A DNA stretch of 64,000 bases from positions 248,001 to 312,000 of the forward strand of contig JBEWZL010000209.1 in the NCBI GenBank assembly GCA_045837725.1, given 5' to 3'. Origin of the DNA: Vermamoeba vermiformis. Taxonomy: Eukaryota. How positions within the stretch are numbered: the first letter of the stretch is position 1; every line of letters begins with the position of its first letter. The position numbers and the translations under genes were made by a program. Of this stretch, positions 12,865-24,999 are shown piece by piece. The notes beneath the pieces are model-generated. The model worked only from the letters and a program-made list of their open reading frames with translations, was not told where the DNA came from and searched no databases.

Positions 12865-13440
12865 TTATTTTTTCTTCTTAAGCTTATATCCTAATTTTAA
12901 CATGGCCACTTCGACATCTCTAGGACTCGGATATCGATATTTCGTCAGTTTAGACCAGATGACGTTCGATCCGCTCGTGATCTCAAAGGCGCCCTTAGTA
13001 GGATTCGTGTCTTCTTTCTCGATGGTGACTCCAGGGAAATCGACTTGAATACTAGCTTTCATTAAGAGGCTTTGAGACCAGGCCCCGCCTCAGCTGGATC
13101 CGCACGAGGTACTAATGAATAATTCTTGTTAATGGATTATTTTATAATAATAAGAGGAAAATCAGTAATAATAATACTGATAATGAAGTATTGGAGCTAA
13201 TATATCTTTATCAAGCTCAGTGACAATTTTAGAATAATTAATGAAAATTTAAAACAATCAGATCTTCGTCTCTGTAATAATTAAGAGTTATTTTATCATG
13301 AATACTACTTACTTATAGCTGATTTTAATAGGAGGTAATTGTTTGTTGATTTCGGCCGGATCTTCTTGAACTCCGGAGTTTGCATTGAGCGTCTTTGGCG
13401 CATCTGGCTCTACTTGAGCCTCTGCCGTATTCTCACTCAT
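12865..13440 (-). CDS. Rdx-family (SelW/SelT/SelH-like) selenoprotein, about 124 aa, with Sec encoded by TGA at 13092-13090
   Basis: Exon 1 13440-13313 plus exon 2 13111-12865 give ...PIKISYNTSCGSS-U-GGAWSQSLLMKASIQVDFPGVTI...TKGAFEITSGSNVIWSKLTKYRYPSP... The GxFEI...IWSK...RxP signature is typical of the Rdx family. The TGA is in frame with the downstream ORF 13062-12865, and a SECIS follows. Confidence 0.88.
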
Positions 13441-13686
13441 ATGAAATATTACAATATCGCTTGGTGAGGTCCTATTGTTGTTTGAACAATAATTATGTTC
13501 GAAGACACTCGGACAAAAGTTCAACTTGAAGCACGTGCCGATTCGTCAATAACGAGACAATTACAACAATAACAGTAAGATAGTACTAAATACCTAATTA
13601 AGCATCTCCTAATCGTCTCGCTGTCGGATCTTGATTGCTGATCGGGTGCACGAAAATTCTTGAGCGGTAGACAGAAAAGAAAGGCT

Positions 13687-14973
13687 TTATTCAGCATCAT
13701 TACTCGTGTTACTATATGATCCGTACCAATGCTTATTCTTCGGTTCTGAAGCCAAGCAAAGATTGCGGCGATAGTAATCAATGCCAGGGTGCTCATTGCA
13801 CGAGACCTCCAAGCCACAGTGTTCGCAGTCTTCAGCGCATCGGTGACAAAATCTCTTGTAGCAGTTGATATCTGTGAAATGGCAGCCTATTCATATCAAA
13901 AGGTAAGTACTATAATGATAAAAGTTGCCGTGAAGTTAGTGGATGTGACTGATCCGGAACTGACTTACATTCAGCGCAATTTTCACATATAAATCGATTG
14001 CATCTATAACAAAGCCCATTTAATTGATGCCGATCCGTTAATGATGGCAAAGTACACAGCATGCAGTATCCACGGCCACATCCGCATACCAACACAGCCA
14101 GATCTTCTTGATGACAATTTGCGCAGTATGATGCTCGCTCAATATGAGCAGAAATATTGCACTTAAAGCATTCCTTGGCCAGAATTACAGTTTTTACTCC
14201 CGATGCAATTTCTGAACCTGGGTACGTTTTAAGTTTTCGTCAGATTTGAAATCGTATTTGAAAACGGATATTATAGATTATGGTTTAATATGCCGATGAG
14301 CTTACTTGAAAAATACGTTGCAATGAAATGTTCCGTCTCCAAAAATGAGTTATTGTAGTCAAAATTTTTCTTAGCTTTGATCTTCCAACCTTCTGGATCC
14401 CACTTCATGCGGCTAACAACTATTAACAGTGTTATATTAAGTGCCAATACTAACGAGATATAGTATTTATGGTAAAGCTTACCTGAGCGATTTTCATTCA
14501 ATGAAATTATTGAGATCGACAAAGGATCATGGCATTGAAAACAGAACAGATGATCGTCATTCATATAGTTATCGATATTAGCGCCTAATCTTTCTTTAAG
14601 GTACGTCGTATATGCAGTTCTCAGGGTTTTTCGTTGATTTTCAAACGGGTCCTCAGATTTGACCTTAAAATCATTAGTAAAACAACGTTAAAAAAAATTA
14701 AATATTAGAACAATACAAATCTAATCTATATATTACAAAGCATGTTTGATCAAACGAATTTTTATAAATTAATTGTCTTTATTAATAAATTTTAAATTGG
14801 CTTTGGTGCTGGGAAGCTCTTACCTCAATATTAAGAAAGTCTAATAATGTGTTCCATCTAGCAGGTACTTTCAGGGGCCGTTCGTTTCCCAACATGCAAT
14901 AAATAAAATTCGCGCGATCAGATTCGTTAAGGTAGCTAAGCAGTTCCTTCCATAGCTCGAGCGGCAGTTCCAT
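13687..14973 (-). CDS. F-box protein with a Cys/His-rich (zinc-binding) C-terminal region
   Basis: N-terminal MELPLELWKELLSYLNESDR is F-box-like. Later exons carry many CxxC pairs (CFQC, CFKC, CANC, CMLC, CYRC, CENC, CHRC, CEHC). Confidence 0.65.
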
Positions 14974-15073
14974 AGGGCCAAAATGTGCAATACACGAGTG
15001 TGTTCGTTGGTCAGTTGGCTTGAATCAATTGTACGTAGAAAATAACTTATTTCGTACTCGAACATGAAAGACA

Positions 15074-15811
15074 ATGCACAACAACAGCGCCTTAAAGTTC
15101 AATGACGACACTATATTTCAACTCGTCAAGCGCATGAACATTGACCTGCGCGAGCACAGAAAGCCGATCTGGAGTCAGTTCTTTAGGTACTATGAAGAGC
15201 GGCGGCCAAAGTTATCGGAGGAAAGAAAAATAGGAGCTATAGTGGCGCTTATATATGTTATAGACGACATATATCTAGGCGAAGAGGGCATTTTACAATT
15301 TATTATCGACATGGTAAAAGAGTTAAATCTGGCAACTCCGGCGAAAATTCTTTACAACGATAATTTGAGAGCTCATGAAGATATGGGCAAGTGGTCTGAG
15401 ACATTGGTAAGTCGATTTTGTCTTTTTTACATTATTTAAGTCGAAGTAAACCAAAACCAAATCCGCTAAAATTCTGCTAGTTGTTCTTAAGGCTTCCAAT
15501 ATACATTTAATTACCGCGTTACAATACAATATTGTTATGATTAATTATGTATGCAGCCAAAATACACCGTCGTCTTAGGCAAGCGGAAGCACGAGTTTGA
15601 AATGATCTACGATCTACACGGCGGAACTGTTCGCGGCGAATTAGGCGTCGTTTATTCGTATAACTTGGACTTCTATCAAGGCAAAACTTTGTGTCATATC
15701 GCTAAACCTGGCGAGACTTATGTGGCCAAGAAGACGAAGCCGAAATCAACAAAAATGTTCAAAAAAACGAAGCGCGTTGGTGGCGTTAAATATGCATCGC
15801 TCATTAATTGA
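15074..15811 (+). CDS. Hypothetical protein, copy 1 of a tandem pair (2 exons)
   Basis: ORF 15074 spliced at gtaagt (15406) ... tgcag to PKYTVVLGKRKHEFEMIYDL...; clear paralog immediately downstream; no recognisable domain. Confidence 0.6.
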
Positions 15812-15936
15812 ATTAGTCTATTATTACCTTGTATATTCACATTCCCTTATTGTACATTTTGATCGAAAAAAATTTGCAGATTTGTTTGTTCACGAAACAA
15901 AAAATTGGCTGAACGGAATGAACATAAGAAATAACG

Positions 15937-16784
15937 ATGCAACAAATAGACAATATTATTACTAATTTAGAGATCAACGAAGAAAATGCATTCGAGCTGG
16001 CCAAGAGACTGAACGTCGTCAAGATCCTAGAACATCGAAAGCCGATCTGGAGGCAGTTCTTCAGTTATCATCGACAAAGACTGCCAAATCTACCAACAAT
16101 ACGACGGATATACACCTTAGTATACTTACTTAAGATTGGAGATGACGGATATTATGGAGAAGAAGAAACTAAGAACTTCATTTCTGCAGTGCTCAAAGAA
16201 CTTAAGATAGAGGGCGTGTCGGAGGACTTGCTATTTGAAGACATCAGTAAAGGACGAGCAATATTATCGACATGGATAAAAAAGCAAGTAAGTTATTTTA
16301 AAGTTGAATCCGAATCTAAATCCGCAGTGGACGTTGGGAAAGACATCGTTTTCTAAATAGATATATTTTCTAAATATGCTCTAACCTCCATAATGCTAAT
16401 TATAGCCAAAATATACTGTTCTGTACAAAGGCAAAAGTTTTGACTTCGAAATATTTTACGATCTACTCTAAAAAATTTGTGGATCTGCATCAAAATAAAC
16501 GTTGGTTGTACCCAACAAATATGAATATGACGCGCTTTAATATTTAATAAGGATCCATGGTAAAATAAAATATTTATAAATACATTTACACTCTTACAAA
16601 ACAAAATTGAGTAAAAACGAGCCTCTTTGTTCGGTGGCACTTAAGAGTTTCAGCGTCATATAAATTGGACTTCTATCAAGGCGAGACGAAATGTTATATC
16701 GCTAAACCTGGGGAGACTTATGTGGCCAAGAAGACGAAACGAAAGAAAGAACGCAGCAAGACCGTTGGGGACAAAGAATATGTA
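15937..16784 (+). pseudogene. Copy 2 of the tandem pair: C-terminally truncated (stop 16469-16471), followed by an insertion and a frameshifted remnant of the original 3' end
   Basis: Shares EHRKPIWxQFF...YxGEE and PKYTV...FExxYDL with copy 1. It then stops. About 160 bp of unrelated sequence follow, then a near-copy of 15660-15745 with a 1-nt deletion (cctgggagact vs cctggcgagact). Confidence 0.55.
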
Positions 16785-17176
16785 GCACTGAAATAATAGT
16801 AAAAATACCCTCATTGTAATAGTTAAGAGGATAATAATATGTTTTTTGTCCCGAGGTCCTACTAGAATCATCCGGGGAAAACTTTGCAGATTCGACTTTT
16901 GGGACAAACTGGGCATCACATTATTGGTGATCATTATGAACTGTTCAAATGCAGCTAATAGTACTAATCGAGAGTTAATAAGCAACGAAGACGCTAGATT
17001 CGGGTTTGCTAAGCGAGTTGACATCAGGATCATAGAACGAAGAATCTTGCTCTCGGCACGTTAAACCGGATCTGTCCCGTCACAAAGCTTTGTACTAATT
17101 AGGCAATAACATATTCGTTTATATCATACCTATTGATTATTTACACATGAAATGAAGGCGAATTAAGCACGCAGAT

Positions 17177-18648
17177 CTAGTTCTTTTCCTTGACGCTCCA
17201 TTTGTGTTGGATGCTCTCGCTGTTGAGACCGACCATAGGCTCACCAAGGTCCTCGCTGACTTGCGCGAGAATTTTAGGGTCATTATAGTGCGTAGTGGCC
17301 ATAACAATAGCTCTGGCTCGTTTCTTTGGATCACCGCTCTTGAAAATGCCTGATCCGACAAACACGCCGTCCATGCCAAGTTGCATCATTAAGGCTGCGT
17401 CAGCAGGAGTAGCCTAGCATATCAAACATTAGCATATTTCCTTTCATTACGTAACGGATGCAGATCCGCTAAATTTCCAATAAAAATCAATTTGAATTAC
17501 TTACCACGCCACCAGCAGCGAAGTTAACGACGGGCAAACGACCTAATTGCTTGACTTGTTGCACGAGTTCAACAGGTGCTTGGATTTCTTTGGCGTAGCT
17601 GTACACTTCATCGTCGCTCATGCCTTTAACTTTGTTGATCTGATTTAAAATCGATTAGAATTGTTTATAATCGACTACTATTATTTTGTGTACCTCACGC
17701 ATCAATGCTCGAGCATGACGAACGGCTTCAACGACGTTTCCAGTGCCTGCCTCACCTTTGGTACGGATCATGGCTGCTCCTTCGCTAATTCGACGCAAAG
17801 CCTCGCCTAAATTACGGCAACTATAATAAATAATCAGTACCGTAGTAAGGTAGAGCAATTTTCGGTTCAGAACTTACCCACAGACGTAAGGTACTTTGGA
17901 TTTGTGCTTGTTAATATGATTTTCTTCGTCAGCAATGGTGAGTACTTCAGACTCATCGATGTAATCGATTTCGAGGGCTTCTAATATTTGTGCCTCGACG
18001 AAGTGGCCTAAAAACGAATCAGGTCAAAAATTCTGAAGGTTTTTACGATTGGATCTGATCCGCCAGTACGCGATTCAGCAAAACTTATGAAACTTACCAA
18101 TTCTGCACTTAGCCATAACAGGGATGGTAACTGCAGCCTTGATCTCCTTAATCAGCTTCGGATCTGACATACGAGCAACGCCGCCTTCAGAACGAATGTC
18201 TGCTGGGATCTTTTCGAGCGCCATCACTAAAACGATTTGTTAATCTTCGGAAAAATATCGCATATATGTATGTAATATAGACCGCGATTTGGTATTGGTA
18301 TTTTGATTAAAGCAAGAAAACTTTTCGGAGCCGATCAGCTGCATCTTCGCAAGAAATTTTCTAATTGATTTGATTCGGTATGAAATAACTTACCGGCAAC
18401 AGCTCCAGCTTCTTCGGCAATTTTAGCCTATTTAAAGAGCAATCAGTAACAGTTCGAAAGGTAGCGCGATTGTACGTGATTGGAAAAATGCGGATGTAGC
18501 TCGTTATCGATCGACTTACTTGCTCAGCATTGACAACGTCCATAATAACACCTCCTTTGAGCATTTGGGCGAGTCCAGCTTTAACTTTAAAGCTTCCATG
18601 GACTGAATCTGCTCCGTGGCCATTAGCAACTCCGTTAGTTTGCGACAT
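17177..18648 (-). CDS. PDX1: Pyridoxal 5'-phosphate synthase subunit PDX1 (SNZ family)
   Basis: [96 protein letters not shown]. Confidence 0.97.
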
Positions 18649-19086
18649 ACTTGATATTTGTTGTGATTAACTCGTGATGGTCGTTGAAAATAGCTTAAAA
18701 CTGAAATCTTTCTTTATTTGACGACGGAGCGGGTGACACGCAGTGGATTCGCGTGACAGGTCGGTTTTGGCCAATATTCTCTCGCAAAATGATAGTCCGA
18801 GTTCCTTATTTGGTGAAAAGACGCCTCCACGAGCTACAGTGAGTTCATTTTCCGTTACATTTCGCAAATCGAAGATTGATAGAAGATTCCAAGCTACCGA
18901 AGTTGCGTTTATTTCCACTCCGCGTAGATCCACTACAAAACATTTCGGAAAAGTAAGAAACGATCGTCGGTTCAAATTAAGCTTATTATTAGCAAGATTA
19001 GCCCTTAAATAATCGATAAAGTAACGTTTGATTGGGATCGGATCTAACACCACATTTTTCAGAAATTGAAACAACAACGCCAAAAG
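18649..19086. promoter_or_regulatory. Probable bidirectional promoter shared by PDX1 and PDX2
   Basis: 438 bp between the divergent start codons of the two subunits of one enzyme. Confidence 0.6.
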
Positions 19087-20071
19087 ATGAGCAACGTAAA
19101 AATCGGAGTATTAGCATTACAAGGTATAGTACCTTCATATTTAAATATACACGTATTATCAAGCACGAGAAATTGAAGATTCTTACAATTCAGAAAAATT
19201 GTTGCAATTTTAACGCTCTTTTATCAACTATTAATAGGCCCATGTTTGTAGGTGCATTTAGAGAACATATTGACGCGTTGAAAAAAATACCCGGCGTTGA
19301 AGCCTTTGAAATCCGAACTTCGAATGACATGTACGACGGAGATCGACTTAAAATCGACGGTTTAATCATTCCTGGAGGTGAAAGTACCGCCATTGGTATG
19401 TAATTTCAATAATTTATCGGAGTTGATGCTTAATTTTGACTTTTGATCCAGCGACCGTTGGTACATCTAACGGAACCCTCGACGCCGTCCGTCAATTCGT
19501 GCAAAAAGGTATGTATAAATTATAATCATATAAGTCTATAACAAAATCAGCGTGCTCGATTTTAATATTGCACGGCAAAGTTTGGATCTGACATATTTTC
19601 GAACTAGGCAATCCAACCTGGGGAACTTGCGCTGGCTGCATATTATTGGCCAATCAAGTCTCGTCTCAAAAAGCAGGCGGCCAGCCCTTAATAGGCGGCA
19701 TGGATATATCAGTACAACGTAACTACTTTGGCCGCCAAGTCGCGAGTTTTGAAGCAGATCTCGCCCTAGATGCGCTCGACATGAAAGACAAGCCATTTCC
19801 CGGCGTATTCATTAGAGCACCAGCTATATTAGACGTACTTCAGCCTAACGATGGTTCGAAGCCGCCAGTAAAAATTTTAGGTTCAATTCCGAATCCAAAT
19901 AAGGCTAACTCGGACCCGTCAACAACGCATCCGGAAACACTCGTGGTAGCTGCTCAACAGGGCAATATGGTCGCCACTGTATTCCACCCAGAACTCACTA
20001 CTGACACGAGATTTCATGAGTACTTTGTCGAAGTGGCACGGAAGAACAAAGCGCAACAACACCACGCTTAG
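19087..20071 (+). CDS. PDX2: Pyridoxal 5'-phosphate synthase glutaminase subunit PDX2 (SNO family)
   Basis: MSNVKIGVLALQ|GAFREH, DGLIIPGGESTAI, WGTCAG (nucleophile Cys), RNYFGRQVASFE, GVFIRAP, FHPEL. Confidence 0.96.
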
Positions 20072-20463
20072 ATCTGACGTCAAAACTTCAACTAATTTGT
20101 ACATAAATGAAGGGGTTATTGAAATGATTGAAGACAATGTTTCGTATAAATCTGCTCGAAACAACGCTGTTCAAACCAAAAAGATTTCGAGCTTACCACC
20201 AATTGTAGCACCCTTCAAGACGTGTTGCTTTTGAACTGCAAAAAGGCGTAACAGCGGTTGTGGTCAATCAACTAGTGGAGATACGAGCCAATTTTCTGAG
20301 TTGGCTAAGCGTCCGCACTTCAATGACAAAAGGGCGAGTGACGATGCTATCGGCTTGATTCTTGTGTATAAGTAGAGTATAGGCTCATTTTGATTATCAC
20401 TAATTCGATCGCTATTGTGAATTAACAAATTTAATTTACTAATAGAAGGACTTACAACAACGC

Positions 20464-22832
20464 CTATTCATCATCCTCGTCATCATCTTCTTCGTCCTCT
20501 TCCTCTTCTTCACCTTCTTCTTTCTCTTTGTTCTCGTCGTTATCCTCCTCGTCTTCTTCGTCTTCCTCTTCTTCCTCGGTAGTTTTAGCTTGTTCAGGCT
20601 GCGGCACGGGGTTTGGTATCGCTTGAGGAGTAGGAGCAACTGCAGCTGGCTGTGGCGGTGCAACGACAGATGTAGCGACAGGAGTGGGATTGATTGGTTG
20701 AGTGACTGCTGGTGTGACAACAGGTGTGATAGTCACTGGCAACTGTTGTACGGCAGGCTGCACAGGTGTCACGGGCACAGCTGGAGTTACGACTTGTTGC
20801 ACGGGCGTGACGGGCGTTAAAATCGAGTTGGACTGTGGAATTACTGGTGTTGGCATTGGTGTTGAATTGAGTTGCATATTGTTAATCGGAAGTTGCGAGG
20901 GTGAAGTAGGGACTTGCTGTACTAATGACGCGGCACCAGTAGTATTAGTGTTGTTAATAGATGAGGTCGGTGAAGCAGAACGTGTCAGCGATGGACTTGG
21001 CATCTTCGGCACGACTGGCGCTTGAATTATTGGCAGGACTTTGCCCGTTGAAACGGCGTTTTTAAGTTTTTCAATTTCCATCACTATTCGTCTCAAATGC
21101 AACGGTTGAGCTACAAATAATAACTATTAGTAATAATCGTCTAGTAATATATTAGTATAGGACTTACTAACGCCTAAGTGAGTTTTCAAGTCTGTTTCAG
21201 TCAAAGTCAACAACAACTCGCCGTTCACCAAGTTCTGTTTGAAAGCGTCAACGTACTGATTGCAGCCCATTTTTTCGAGCCAATTCTTCACGTCTAGTTC
21301 TGTCCATTGCTTGGGATCGTTTTCTTGCGCTATTGTCAGCTCGTAGACTTCATCGGCCAATGCAACGCCCATTTGACCGCTTTGTCCACCGAACATTAGC
21401 AGCGACGATTTCGAGCCCTCACTAAATAATTATAAGTATATGATGGTATATATTGATTATAGGTCTTACGTAGGAGAGAATGACGTATGAGCGGTCATTG
21501 TATGGCCCCATCGTTGTGATGGAACGGTGCCAATAACGTTGGGTTGGATCCACTCAAAATTACCTATCAAAAAGCGTTAGAAACTAAAACTCAATATTAA
21601 TTAATACTATGTATTAATATGCATACCCAAATTAAGTATATGAGTGTCGTTATAAAAGTTTTTATCGTCGCCTCCGCCGAACACGACCAAATAATTGTGG
21701 ATCAGTTCAGCAGCGTGGTATCTCCTCTTTGAAGGCTTGCTTCCAGAAACAACAGGCGAGTTCCATGTATTAGTAGCTAGTTATATAATTAAATATAGTA
21801 TTTAAAGTTAAATTTAGTCTCGCGTACCGGTATCGAAGATCCAAACATCGTCGTACAAAATGTTCTTTCCACTGCCTCCAAACATTACAATTTTATCGCC
21901 TACTACTGTAGCACTATGTCCCCATCGATGAGGTGGCACAGGACCTGTCGGAGTTAAATGCGACCACTCATTTTTTTCTGGGAACAGATCCAAGTCAGTA
22001 CGTTAATTATTTTGTCCTGTACTAAAGGGTCCTACCAATGTCTAATATGAATACATCGTTTGACGGCACTGAGGACGGATTAATACCGCCTAACAAATAA
22101 ATCTTCGCGCCAACCAATGATAAAGAGTGACCGCGTAACGGAGGTGGAACGGATCCAGAAACTGTTGGTTGCTGCCATTCTCGCGTCTCTTTATGCCAAT
22201 AAATTATTTAAGCATTGTAGCCAAGTTATGAATCCTAAGGAGCTATCTTACCGATATTGAATATAGCGAGTCTGAACCATGACTGGGCACCCTGTCCGAT
22301 GCCACCAAACACGTACATTTGCGCGTCTAATGTTACTGAGGCATGAGAGCATAGAGGTATAGGTTGAGACCCTTTTACTTCGACCATAAACCACGTATTG
22401 GCTGATCAAGCAAATCCGTTAGTTCGGGACACAATTATAGCTATAAACGGTTCCTTACTCTCAGGCTTAAAAGCGTATATGTCTCGTAAATGAGCCGCAC
22501 CAGTAGGTCCTGAAGAACCGCCAAAAATTATCATCTACGGTGGATCGTGTCAGTTTCGAGGAAAATTGATTGTATAATATTAGTTATAATTTAAATAATT
22601 AAATATAATACTGAGCATTAAATAACAAGCACAAACCAAATAAATCAATTATTTTGAATTATTTTACTAATAATAAGATCAAGCCTTTCTGCGAGCTTTA
22701 ACACTATTGCAAAACGCAAATAAAATTATTAAATTAATAACATACATAGCCACGAGAGGTGCACGAAGTGTGAGCCCATCTGGGCGTTGGCTTAACACCA
22801 GTCGTCTGCAGGCGCTGCCAATTGACTTGCAT
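20464..22832 (-). CDS. Kelch-repeat protein with SAM domain, Pro/Thr/Val-rich linker and acidic tail
   Basis: Repeated PxPRxxH(S/T)...(I/V)FGG units (PTPRWAHTS, PPLRGHSL, PPHRWGHSA, PSKRRYHAA, PSQRWGHTM). SAM motif WTELDVKNWLEKMGCNQYVDAFKQNLVNGELLLTL. Poly-E/D C-terminus. Confidence 0.85.
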
Positions 22833-23585
22833 TTAGTTCAGTATTCTATATTCTTAATATTGTTATTAAAAAAGATTGCGTCTGTGCTGCATCTTGTACA
22901 CGGGCTTGAATAAGACGGCAGAAAAAATGTCTAAAAACTCAAACACGTGGCCCTAAAATACACGGATCCGCTGAATTCAATTTCGAATAAAGTATCGGGC
23001 TTAATAGAAAGTGATTTGACGCCATGAGCAAGTTCGACATTCGGAAAACGCGTACTTTTACAAATTTGTTTTGATTTCACAACGTTAAAGGGATGTTGAG
23101 ATTGTTAATTATGTATTAAGGCATTTATTTAAGAGGAGTCGCAACGAATATGAACGGTCCTACTTTGTCGTGTAGCAAGACAAAGAAGTTCATTGACTGG
23201 ACCTTCCTAGGAATAAAGTTAATCCTGTCGGTCCAGATGTCGCACTTAGTGTCAGTGCGTCACTAGCCGATGAATAGTGGGCAAGTTTTTAAGTAAAAAC
23301 TAGTAAAATTAGATCGCATCCGAGTACAAAAAAAAATAGAATTCAAAATTTTGGTGCAGGTAAAGAATGGAAACATCAGATTTTGTACATTAACTGCGCT
23401 CGGGAATTTAAAAGATTTTTGGAGCTCCACTAAAACCGACTTGCTGCGAAATTTGGTTCTTTCACGAAACTTTTTTCGGCCGTTGCGGGCTCCATTAGTT
23501 TAAACATAAAAACCATGTTTTAGAAACCTATATTCATTCATTACTTACCTACAGTATACTTCAAGTCAACAACAAGCCCAACGAA

Positions 23586-24759
23586 ATGAGATCGTTCATC
23601 GTATTGTTGCTTCTTTCCTTCATCGCTATTACTCTTTGCCAATCCCCTGTCGCTGCTCCAAGCAATACTGGAGACGGTCGTGCTCGTACTCTCAAGTTCT
23701 TCAAGGCACCTGGTGTAGTTGGTGTAAAGGCTGTTGCCGTATCCAAGGTTGGCGGTATGGCCGAATTGGATGCGATCCTTGCCGGTGCTACTATTACTCC
23801 CTTCCCCACCATGGCATTCTCTTACTTCACTGCTGAGCGCAATGTTACCGAAGACCTCACCACCTTCACTTCTGGCCGTTTCTCTTTTGCTTTCAGATTT
23901 GTCGGCATGGTCGAGTACGAGGAAAGCGGCGCCAACCCGGGCTTCCAACCTGATGGTAAATATTATTTATAAATTAAACTGGATATTTTATCGAGCGAAT
24001 AAGCTTGAAAATTTTGTTGCGAAATCCGATCGAGCTACTAACTGATGACTTACGATCTTCTTTATAGAGGATACCCCCGTCTCTTACTACTCTTTCCGCA
24101 AGGAGCTCGTCGGCTGGGAAGCCACCACTACCTCTGAGGTCAACAACAACGGCCAAACTGTTCGCGTTGCTACTGCATCCACCAAGGACGGCGTTGTTGC
24201 CTTCACTCTTGTCTTCGCTGGTGACCGCACTGTCTACGAGAATAAGACTTTGAACGGTGACAACTTCAAGTTCAGCGTCAAGATCAACTACGGCAATGCT
24301 CCCAACTACAGCGGCCGCAACGACACTAGCATTGCTATCGTCACTCTTGCTGCCTCCAAGCAGTCCGTGAAGGATATCCAACGCTCTGATCAAGACGGTG
24401 ACGGCATTGAAGTGCCCTCTGGCGAGAAGGCTATTGTTGGTACTCTCAACTGGGACAACCAAGTCACTGGTACTAGCGGCGACAAGCAGGGCCTCTTCAA
24501 CCTCGTCAGCACCGTCGATTCTACTCTTCGCAACGACTCTGCTGCTATTAACGTCACCACTGGCTGGACTACCAAGGTTGTCTACCACTCAATCTCTTTG
24601 GACAATAGCATGTCCATTGGCAACACCGAGTTGTACTGGGATCCCGAGCTCGGAGCTGATATTGATTATAATGCCTTGGGCTCTTCCACCTCCTCTGCTT
24701 CGTCCATCATTGCTTCCATCGCTGTTGTCATCAGCGCCATCGTTGCTTTAATGGCCTAA
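23586..24759 (+). CDS. Secreted, probably GPI- or TM-anchored surface protein of unknown family (2 exons)
   Basis: Signal peptide MRSFIVLLLLSFIAITLC; one intron about 23956-24068; C-terminal YWDPELG...SSASS + hydrophobic IIASIAVVISAIVALMA; strongly biased codon usage. Confidence 0.8.
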
Positions 24760-24999
24760 ATTTGTTTGTTAGATGTAGTTCAGTCGCTAGATCACTGAAA
24801 TAAATCTTTGTTTTTAAAGAATCTACGTGCTCATACCTTGAATACCTGCGCATATTTCGTTTCCCCTGATACGGGGCTCATTTTTCGTCTTGTTATCAGA
24901 GGAATTTCAGTCAAAATTGGATCTCGGAATAATGATAGGAAAACGTGTGTAAAAGTTAGTTCTAAGCGATACCAAGCTCATTTTAATCAACTTACCAAC

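Noticed and set aside
13090-13092. TGA as a pseudogene stop or a genome-wide codon reassignment
   Set aside because: TGA ends other genes normally (e.g. CEBPZ at 57399), downstream coding is intact, and a SECIS is present, so Sec recoding fits best.
18667-19083. 138-aa ORF filling the PDX1-PDX2 spacer
   Set aside because: Non-ATG start, no recognisable motifs, and it occupies the shared promoter/UTR region.
23974-24588. 204-aa antisense ORF (similarly 45116-45619, 45724-46152, 56874-57257, 28187-28642)
   Set aside because: These are shadows of codon-biased or low-complexity genes on the opposite strand, with no independent protein features.
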